In this document: positions 11,979 through 20,000 of the stretch, in pieces
How the letters are laid out: each line of letters begins with the position of its first letter
Numbering within the stretch: the first letter of the stretch is position 1
Assembly: GCA_021432655.1 (NCBI GenBank)
Contig: MU271269.1
Location: 58,194 to 78,193 of the forward strand
Source: Atractiella rhizophila
Lineage: Eukaryota
Reading direction: 5' to 3'
DNA: 20,000 bases
Notes under the pieces: model-generated
Seen by the model: only the letters and a program-made list of their open reading frames with translations
What the model was told of the DNA's origin: nothing
The model's database searches: none
Made by a program: the position numbers and the translations under genes

Positions 11979-12451
11979 ATGCAGCAACTCATTTCAAAAG
12001 CAATTCCTGTGCTCAGTCGAGCTGCCAGAACTATTCCTTCTGCCTCAGCATCCGCCAGTCGTCAGCTATCTCCATCGACTCGAAGTTTCCACGAAACCGC
12101 AACGAAAAAATCAGCTCCATCACAGTCTAATGCCTCGCTAGCTACCCATCAAAAGCACACGGCACCAGGCCTGATAAGTCAGCAACTGGACAAATGCTTG
12201 AATGTTGATGATGAAAACTTGGAAGACAATTGGGGGGGCCAGTCTTCCATACGAGGTTTTGCCTCTCATTGCCGTAGTGGTGGTCGCATCTACCTTTGGG
12301 GTTTATGCAAGCATCAAGCACAGTAAGCTTATTTGAAGATTTCTCCAAATAACTAGTACCTAACACATTTGCAGTTAAAAGTGATCACGAGCTCAGGCTA
12401 TCTCATGAGAGTTACACAAATCGACATGACACCATCCTGCCTCCTAATTGA
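11979..12451 (+). CDS. NDUFA4/MLRQ-like protein, paralog 2; first intron donor is AT (possible splice mutant or pseudogene)
   Basis: Exons 11979-12173, 12226-12322, 12375-12451 are collinear with paralog 1 (TIGGASLPYEVLPLIAVVVVASTFGVYASIKHIKSDHELRLSHESYTNRHDTILPPN*). The intron 1 donor reads ATAAGT at 12174. Confidence 0.65.
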
Positions 12452-13224
12452 CTAAAACGGAAAGAGATAGAGCTACTGTTCCGATTTTTCAGGGCTGCGG
12501 CCCATCCTGTTTAGAATGATTCAGATGATTTCAGCACGTAATTCTAGTTTATATTACAATCCTCATGATACAAGAGCGTTACATGTATTCTCCATGGTTT
12601 TACAGCAACATTCAGAGCCACGTAGTGACTGTGCCATGTCATAGAATATGGAGACTTATCGATCGAGTTCCACTTCCTTCTTTCAAGAAGAAATTGGGAA
12701 GAGAATACACGACGAAGATTGTTATTGAGAATGTCGACAAGATTCTGCCTATGAGGAAGACCAATCAATTTCTGTCGATGGCGCGCATTCAACTCAGTCA
12801 GAGACGTCGTTGGATGCCATTCTCGTTGCCTTAGAATGGTCTCACACTTTTCTTTCAATCACCCCAGTACACCTGCAGAAGCACTCACTGTGATAAGCAG
12901 TAGCATCTTTTGCTTCTGCAGGCTCGAGTTTCCCTCGCAGATGTCCTTAGGACAGAAATTAAACGGGAGTTCTTAAATTCAACTTTTCCCAAGCAATTGG
13001 GCAGTGATAACCAGAAGCGAGTTGATTGACATGAGAAGTGTATATAAAAACAATGGGCGAGTGCAGGGTCTTCTTCGTCATGGCGGTTGGTTATATAGAA
13101 AAAAAATGTAAGCGGATCCGTTTTATCCGCCCAGTGTTCAAACCTTATTAGAAGGTACCCGGTCCGAAACAAACTGAAAGCGAGCAGACACTAAACACAT
13201 TACTTTTGAGCAACAAAGAGAACA

Positions 13225-13625
13225 ATGTTGGGGCGACTGGTTCATTACGGTGTGGATGCTGTTATGCTCACCACAATACTGGCGGGAATCAAGCGCACAA
13301 GTGGCTTCCAGTGCGTGTCGGTTTCTTGCTCCGAGTCTCATGCTGCCAATCAGAAAAATGTGATGAATGTGATGCAACTGTGCCCACCTCCAACGCAGGA
13401 AGGCTTCTTCTAATTCTCTCTTCATAGATGCAGAAGTTTGGACTTGCTTGTTTACTGATTATTTTCTGCATCTCAAGATTGTCGACCAACCCCTTTCCGG
13501 AAGGCACCCCTCGAAACTTCGCAAATCAGTACCTTGGAATAGGGGAGAAGATATTCGACATGGCATGTGCTGCGAGCTTTACAAGCGGGTGGTTCGAGAA
13601 GAGCGAGGGCAAACCTCGGCAGTAA
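13225..13625 (+). CDS. ATG44: Mitofissin Atg44/Mdi1 (DUF1748), mitochondrial fission factor, 77 aa
   Basis: Exons 13225-13310 and 13478-13625 give MLGRLVHYGVDAVMLTTILAGIKRTSGFQLSTNPFPEGTPRNFANQYLGIGEKIFDMACAASFTSGWFEKSEGKPRQ. GRLVH..D......LAGIKR..G and YL..GE..FD motifs match DUF1748. Confidence 0.88.
13351..13468 (+). ncRNA. Candidate intronic box C/D snoRNA in the ATG44 intron
   Basis: 167-nt intron with box C GTGATGA at 13360-13366, box D CTGA at 13455-13458 and complementary flanks CAGAAAA/TTTTCTG. The D box overlaps the probable branch site. Confidence 0.35.
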
Positions 13626-14722
13626 TTTCAGGTTGCCGTTGGTTCGTCATTATCTTCCATGTTTAGTTCTTACTATCATGAACTGATGGTTGTCACTTAT
13701 TCCGGATAGGGTAACTAGTCGACACCAGTCAGAGCAGCGTGATCTGTTGGATGTTGTGTATTTCTACGTCTATTCTCTCGTGCAACCTTTATCCCAATCG
13801 ACGTGTCCCTTCGGCAAGGCGTCAATGAGACAGGGAGAAGGAGAGCTGTGTTCCCGATCCACGATCTTTTTTTCTTGTTTTGGTTTGTGGATGGTCCTGA
13901 ACGCCTTCCGTGCACCATGACTGTCCTGAGCGGTTCGCTTGACCTTATCAAAATCAGGAGCCTTGAGCTCATGAGAGGTGCTTGCTCTCAATAAGGAAGA
14001 AAGCAAAGCAGCCTCGTCCCGTCTCTGCATCGCGAGTGCCGTTTGAAGCTCGGGAAGCAGCACGCGTATATCCATTCCATCTGTGTTGCACAGCGATTCG
14101 GGGTCGCCGCGGGTACGACGAGCCCGTTTGGTTCTCCTCGTGTCATTAGGTTTCAATGTTTTGTAGTCTTCATCTCACTCCATATACTCTCGACTTAGAT
14201 ATTTACAACTCGAAGAGAGAACGACCGAAAACTCGTTGATGTATTGGTGATTTGGCGTCGTAGGGTCGCGATTCCCCGAGAACCGGACTTTCCGGGCAGG
14301 CGAGAACTTGGAGGCAGGGAAAGGCTGTTCAGTTGCAGTCAAGCGCGGAAGGCTCATGGCGGGACTTGGAATCGCCCTTCTTCACCGTGCTCCCTCGACG
14401 TTGTTGTTTCTGGAATAGAGCAAAGTTGTGATTGGAGCGGAGGACGATAGGCAAACAATGCGTGTACGAAAGATCTCCTCCACTTCAGTCTTCAGCAAAC
14501 ATGAATCAACGAGCGAGATTGGTTAACCCTACGGATACCATGCCTTCGTTCACGCAAGTGTTCGAAGTTCTCGGCTGACTAGTCCTCCGGTTCTTCTCTC
14601 CGGTAAGTTAGCTCGCTGATTGACCTGGTTCATCTCGATGCATATAAAAGCTCCAGCTCTGACAAGGATAGCTACTGCACCAGTAAAGAAACCGATCCGC
14701 TAAATTACAACATAGAAACATC

Positions 14723-15229
14723 ATGTCCTCCAGAACCGAATCGACCAAATCCAAGCAGCCGTTACCGAGGGGTTCCGCTTGCACGGTGAGCATCAGACCC
14801 GTCCTTGTAACAAGCAGATGAGATCTCATGAATGCTTTTCTAGAACTGCCGTAAGAGGAAGATTGCTTGCAATGGTGATCCTTCCGGATGTGACCAATGC
14901 CTCAAGAGCCAGAAAGTCAGGCAATATGCATCCGAACCCATTGTCTGCACCTACACCCCAGGCTATTCCAGATCCAATTCGTCATCTGCAGGGGACGCAG
15001 AAGATATGAAAATAACTGGTATGGAAGAGAGAATAGGTCTGTCGTCCATCATCCCATTCGTAGAACCATTTGCTGATAACTTTGCGAAGCGATACTCGAG
15101 ATGCAGCTCAGGCAGCAAGAACAACTTCTCAGAAACATCAATAGCTCGGAAAAAAAAAAAAAAAAAAAATGTGCTGCGAGCTTTACAAGCGGGTGGTTCG
15201 AGAAGAGCGAGGGCAAACCTCGGCAGTAA
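14723..15229 (+). CDS. Zn(II)2Cys6 protein copy 1, truncated and fused in frame via Glu-Lys6 to the Atg44 C-terminus (131 aa)
   Basis: Exons 14723-14785, 14844-15036, 15090-15229 give MSSRTESTKSKQPLPRGSACTNCRKRKIACNGDPSGCDQCLKSQKVRQYASEPIVCTY...KITGMEERIAILEMQLRQQEQLLRNINSSEKKKKKKCAASFTSGWFEKSEGKPRQ*. Confidence 0.7.
15170..15229 (+). pseudogene. Duplicated 3' fragment of ATG44 (last 19 codons and stop, followed by its 3' UTR)
   Basis: Identical to 13566-13625. Confidence 0.9.
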
Positions 15230-16334
15230 TTTCAGGTTGCCGTTGGTTCGTCATTATCTTCCATGTTTAGTTCTTACTATCATGAACTGATGGTTGTCAC
15301 TTATTCCGGATAGGGTAACTAGTCGACACCAGTCAGAGCAGCGTGATCTCTTGGATGTTGTGTATTTCTACGTCTATTCTCTCCCGAAACCTTTATCCCA
15401 ATCGACGTGTCCCTTCGGCAAGGCTTCAATGAAACAGAGAAGGGGAGCCGTGTTCCCGATCCATGATCTTCTTTTTTCTTGTTTTGGTTTGTGGATGGTC
15501 CTGAACGCCATCCGTGCACCGTGACTGTCCTATGCGGTTAACTTGACCTCATCAAAATCATGAGCCTGGAGCTCATTGGAGGTGCTCTCAATAAGGAAGA
15601 AAGCAAAGCAGCCTCGTCCCGTCTCTGCATCGCGAGTGCCGCTTGAGGCTCGGGAAGCAGGACGCGTATATCCATTCCATCTATGTTGCACAGCGATTCG
15701 GAGTCGCCGCGGGTATGACGAGCCCGTTTGGTTCTCCCTCCCAGTTGCTCCTATCATTAGGTTCCAATGTTTTGAAGCCTTCATCTCACTCCATATACTC
15801 TCGACTTAGATGTTTACAACTCGAAGAGAGAACGACCGAAAACTCGTTGATGTATTGGTGATTTGGCGTCGTAGGGTCGCGATTCCCCGAGAACCGGACT
15901 TTCCGGGCAGGCGAGAACTTGGAGGCAGGGAAAGGCTGTTCAGTTGCAGTCAAGCGCGGAAGGCTCATGGCGGGACTTGGAATCGCCCTTCTTCACCGTG
16001 CTCCCTCGACGTTGTTGTTTCTGGAATAGAGCGAAGTTGTGGTTGGAACGGAGGACGATAGGCAAACAATGCGTGTACGAAAGATCTCCTCCACTTCAGT
16101 CTTCAGCAAACATGAATCAACGAGCGAGATTGGTTAACCCTACGGATACCATGGCACCGTTCACCCAAGTGTTCGAAGTTCTCGGCTTACTAGTCCTCCG
16201 GTTCTTCTCTCCGGTAAGTTAGATCGCTGTTATGACCTGGTTCATCTCGATGCATATAAAAGCTCCAGCTCTGACAAGGGTAGTTACAGCAGCAGTAAAG
16301 GAACCGATCCGCTAAATTACAACATAGAAACGTC

Positions 16335-16889
16335 ATGTCCTCCAGAACCGAATCGACCAAATCCAAGCAGCCGTTACCGAGGGGTTCCGCTTGCACGGTG
16401 AGCATCAGACCCATCCTTGTAACAAGCAAATGAGATCTCATGAATGCTTTTCTAGAACTGCCGTAAGAGGAAGATTGCTTGCAATGGTGATCCTTCCGGA
16501 TGTGACCAATGCCTCAAGAGCCAAAAAGTCAGGCAATACGCATCCGAACCCATTGTCTGCACCTACACCCCAGGCTATTCCAGATCCAATTCGTCATCTG
16601 CAGGGGACGCAGAAGATACGAAAATAACTGGTATGGAAGAGAGAATAGGTCTGTCATCCATCATCACATTCGTAGAACCATTTGCTGATAACTTTGCGAA
16701 GCGATACTCGAGATGCAGCTCAGGCAGCAAGAACAACTTCTCAGAAACATCAATAGCTCGGGATCCAATGACGTTGCCTTACATTATGCGAACCAATTTA
16801 CCACGGAAGAGATAAGCTTGATGCGCACCGCAGGGATCATCGACGCGAGCGGCAACTTATTAGTGGACCCCAAGTTTTTCGCACAGTGA
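16335..16889 (+). CDS. Short Zn(II)2Cys6 binuclear-cluster protein copy 2 (147 aa)
   Basis: Exons 16335-16397, 16456-16648, 16702-16889. C-x2-C-x6-C-x6-C-x2-C-x15-C with RKRK, coiled coil MEERIAILEMQLRQQEQLL, and tail ...FTTEEISLMRTAGIIDASGNLLVDPKFFAQ*. TATAAAAG lies ~80 nt upstream. Confidence 0.85.
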
Positions 16890-18624
16890 CTTCCCCTTCT
16901 AAACTCGGCGAGAGTATTGATATTTTCTTGTTCCTTATGTGACTCCTTGTACTTCCTGTTGTGACAAAAGATGCAAAACACTGTTTCATCACTGTGTTGG
17001 ACTCTGCGTGAAAACTGCTTTCCCCGTCTCGCAATTGGCTGCTATTTTCAAAGAGGCGGCGCTTTTCGGCCTTGGTCGGGCATGTGTAATATTCTGAAAG
17101 AGATTTCCTGATACAACGCCAAACCACATCATCCACGAGTCGATTTAGCGATTCGGAACATTGATCGAGCGATGCTCTTGCTGTGTTGTCTCCCCGCCGA
17201 TCACTTTCGCCGAGTTGTTGAACTTGGTTGAACCCAGAAGAACGTAAACCAAGGGAATAGACTGATAGCCAGAGTGGCCAGCACTTGAAATCAACTCTGC
17301 TCAGACTCCGGGGCGCGAGGCACAGCCGGCGACCAAAGCAAGAGAGAGAAAAGTATATCCTTCACATGGAGATCGCCCGAACCTTAAACCGAACCTCACT
17401 TTCACTTTTATTCCAAAAGCCTTTTTGGAGTCAGCAAACATCAGAGGGAAGTGACGAAAGCGAAGGCGAAGGACAGTACTTTAGGATGAGTGTATACCAG
17501 CGAAGAAGCATCACTCTGGGCTGGAGGGTCGTCCACATCAGCCACTCACCAAGAGATGCCGAGGAGAAAGTTGCAATATTTGCCCACCCCAACAAGAAAG
17601 GGGAAGCAAGCCAAGGTGTGTGATTCATGTGATTGGAGAGCATGTCCCCTCCACATTCTCTTTGCAGCATGAATATGACTGCTGTCGTACATCCTTTGTT
17701 CCCTTTTGAAAGATTCTCAATGCCAGCCTGTGCGCGTTTAGCGGGATCCACTTTATCCAAATCATCTGTTTCGCACGATTATTCTGTAGGCAGCTGATAG
17801 AGTTTGAAACATTTATACTCCCTTACAGCCAGCTCTTCATCTTGCCCTCTTATCCCTCTTCACCTTTATATTATTTAAACGGCATGCTACTGCACTTTCG
17901 GGAGGATCCATTGGATGGCCCGAAAACTCAGACAAGGACTGTTGAGATTTCAACTATGATCGCGGGAAAACTCTTATATCCCCCAAAAGGCTTGTCCTTT
18001 CAATGGTCGCTCCACTGTGACCGCTTGTATTGGTTCATTTCCCATGCTCCTATCATTAGGTTCCAATGTTTTGAAGCCTTCATCTCACTCCATATACTCT
18101 CGACTTAGATGTTTACAACTCGAAGAGAGAACGACCGAAAACTCGTTGATGTATTGGTGATTTGGCGTCGTAGGGTCGCGATTCCCCGAGAACCGGACTT
18201 TCCGGGCAGGCGAGAACTTGGAGGCAGGGAAAGGCTGTTCAGTTGCAGTCAAGCGCGGAAGGCTCATGGCGGGACTTGGAATCGCCCTTCTTCACCGTGC
18301 TCCCTTGACATTGTTGTTTCTGGAATAGAGCAAAGTTGTGGTTGGAGCGGAGCAAACAATGCGTGTACGAACGATCTCCTCCACTTCAGTCTTCAGCAAA
18401 CAAGAATCAACGAGCGAGATTGGTTAACCCTACGGATACCATGCCTTCGTTCACGCAAGTGTTCGAAGTTCTCGGCTGACTAGTCCTCCGGTTCTTCTCT
18501 CCGGTAAGTTAGCTCGCTGATATGACCTGGTTCATCTCGATGCATATAAACGCTCCAGCTCTGACAAGGATAGTTACAGCAGCAGTAAAGAAACCGATCT
18601 GCTAAATTACAACATAGAAACGTC

Positions 18625-19179
18625 ATGTCCTCCAGAACCGAATCGACCAAATCCAAGCAGCCGTTACCGAGGGGTTCCGCCTGCACGGTGAGCATCAGAC
18701 CCATCCTTGTAACAAGCACATGAGATCTCATGAATGCTTTTCTAGAACTGCCGTAAGAGGAAGATTGCTTGCAATGGTGATCCTTCCGGATGTGACCAAT
18801 GCCTCAAGAGCCAGAAAGTCAGGCAATACGCATCCGAACCCATTGTCTGCACCTACACCCCAGGCTATCCCAGATCCAATTCGTCATCTGCAGGGGACGC
18901 AGAAGATACGAAAATAACTGGTATGGAGGAGAGAATAGGTCTGTCGTCCATCATCCCATTCGTAGAACCATTTGCTGATAACTTTGCGAAGCGATACTCG
19001 AGATGCAGCTCAGGCAGCAAGAACAACTTCTCAGAAACATCAATAGCTCGGGATCCAATGACGTTGCCTTACATTATGCGAACCAATTTACCACGGAAGA
19101 GATAAGCTTGATGCGCACCGCAGGGATCATCGACGCGAGCGGCAACTTATTAGTGGACCCCAAGTTTTTCGCACAGTGA
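18625..19179 (+). CDS. Short Zn(II)2Cys6 binuclear-cluster protein copy 3 (147 aa)
   Basis: Exons 18625-18687, 18746-18938, 18992-19179, intact. Differs from copy 2 by synonymous changes and one S-to-P change in the linker. Confidence 0.85.
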
Positions 19180-20000
19180 CTTCCCCTTCTAAACTCGGCG
19201 AGAGTATTGATATTTTCTTGTTCCTTATGTGACTCCTTGTACTTCCTGTTGTGACAAAAGATGCAAAACACTGTTTCATCACTGTGTTGGACTCTGCGTG
19301 AAAACTGCTTTCCCCGTCTCGCAATTGGCTGCTATTTTCAAAGAGGCGGCGCTTTTCGGCCTTGGTCGGGCATGTGTAATATTCTGAAAGAGATTTCCTG
19401 ATACAACGCCAAACCACATCATCCACGAGTCGATTTAGCGATTCGGAACATTGATCGAGCGATGCTCTGCTGTGTTCTCTCCCCGCCGATCACTTTCGCC
19501 GAGTTGTTGAACTTGGTTGAACCCAGAAGAACGTAAACCAAGGGAATAGACTGATAGCCAGAGTGGCCAGCACTTGAAATCAACTCTGCTCAGACTCCGG
19601 GCGCCGCGAGGCACAGACGGCAACCAAAGCAAGGAGAGGGAGTATATCCTTCACACGGAAGATCGCCCGAACTTAAACCGAACACTCACTTTTATTCCAA
19701 ACGCCTCGTTGGAGCCAGCAAACATCAGAGGGAAGCGACGAAAGCGAAGGCGAAGGACAGTACTTCAGGGTGAATGTATACCAGCGAAGAAGTGTCACTG
19801 TGGGCGGAAGGTCATCCACCAAGAGATGCTGAGGAGAAAGTTGCAGTATTTGCCCACCACAACAAGAAACGGAAGCAAGCCAAGGTGTGTGATTCATGTG
19901 ATTATAGAGCATGTCCCCTCCATATTCTCTTTGCAGCATGAATATGACTGCTGTCGTACATCTTTTGTTCCCTTTTGAAAGATTCTCAATTGCAGCCTGT

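Larger units (their letters stand above)
10100..12500. repeat. Diverged tandem duplication (~1.45 kb period) of the NDUFA4-like gene and its promoter
   Basis: Homologous blocks: GATGGATATTGTCAATGAA (~10154) vs GATGGATGTTGCCATTGAA (~11591); AATCGGTGTGAG at 10387 and 11841; TATA boxes; identical exon 2 and exon 3 lengths (97 and 77 nt). Confidence 0.85.
13565..16761. repeat. Direct tandem duplication, 13565-15149 vs 15169-16761, joined by a poly(A) tract
   Basis: Sequence after the A20 run (15150-15169) restarts at ATG44 exon 2 (TGTGCTGCGAGCTTTACAAGC...) and is collinear with scattered substitutions and indels. Offset is ~1604-1612. Confidence 0.95.
15746..20000. repeat. Second tandem duplication (~2.3 kb period), 15746-17730 vs 18045-20000, running off the window
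   Basis: TGCTCCTATCATTAGGTTCCAATG at 15746 and 18045; near-identical ORF translations offset by ~2290-2299; the window end matches ~17730. Confidence 0.95.

Noticed and set aside
12544..13172. ORFs between paralog 2 and ATG44
   Set aside because: No motifs or coherent exon chain; likely intergenic or promoter DNA.
13770..14156. 128-aa minus-strand ORF
   Set aside because: Frame is broken in the second copy and no family is recognisable.
14723..15169. Copy 1 as a processed retrogene because of the poly(A)
   Set aside because: Both introns and ~1.1 kb of upstream DNA are retained.
17412..17429. Small hairpin TCCAAAAG-C-CTTTTTGGA, with a variant hairpin in copy 3, as a Helitron end
   Set aside because: Imperfect stem, no nearby CTRR terminus and not at a repeat boundary.
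14175..19978. Recurrent short ORFs in the repeats (MSLPRLTA..., MRSHLLV..., MDDVVWR..., MKSTLL...)
   Set aside because: They recur only because the DNA is duplicated; they are antisense or off-frame to the zinc-cluster gene or are disrupted by indels between copies.
13565..20000. Repeats as a transposon or LTR element
   Set aside because: No transposase, RT or integrase motifs, TIRs or TG..CA LTR ends found; the units contain an intron-bearing host-type gene.
1..20000. CRISPR arrays, rRNA, tRNA or prokaryotic defence systems
   Set aside because: Eukaryotic spliced genes throughout; no repeat-spacer arrays or recognisable structural RNA genes seen.

Overview
Intron-rich fungal genomic DNA, most consistent with a basidiomycete (introns mostly 45-60 nt, GTRAGT/GTACGT-type donors, CTRAY branch sites). 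The ORF track is misleading because real genes are split; I reconstructed them by manual splicing. Left to right: partial hypothetical gene (-), tubulin cofactor A (+), Mediator MED11 (-), UTP6 (-), a divergent pair of a Dal5/ACS-family MFS transporter (-) and a signal-peptide-less GH105/GH88 unsaturated uronyl hydrolase (+), two tandem NDUFA4/MLRQ-like genes with presequence-like N-termini (+), and mitofissin ATG44 (+). From ~13.6 kb to the end is a tandem array of three copies of a short (147 aa) Zn(II)2Cys6 protein gene that the ORF track hides. The first copy is truncated at a 20-nt poly(A) junction that fuses it in frame to a duplicated ATG44 3' end. Family assignments come from recalled motifs, not database searches.
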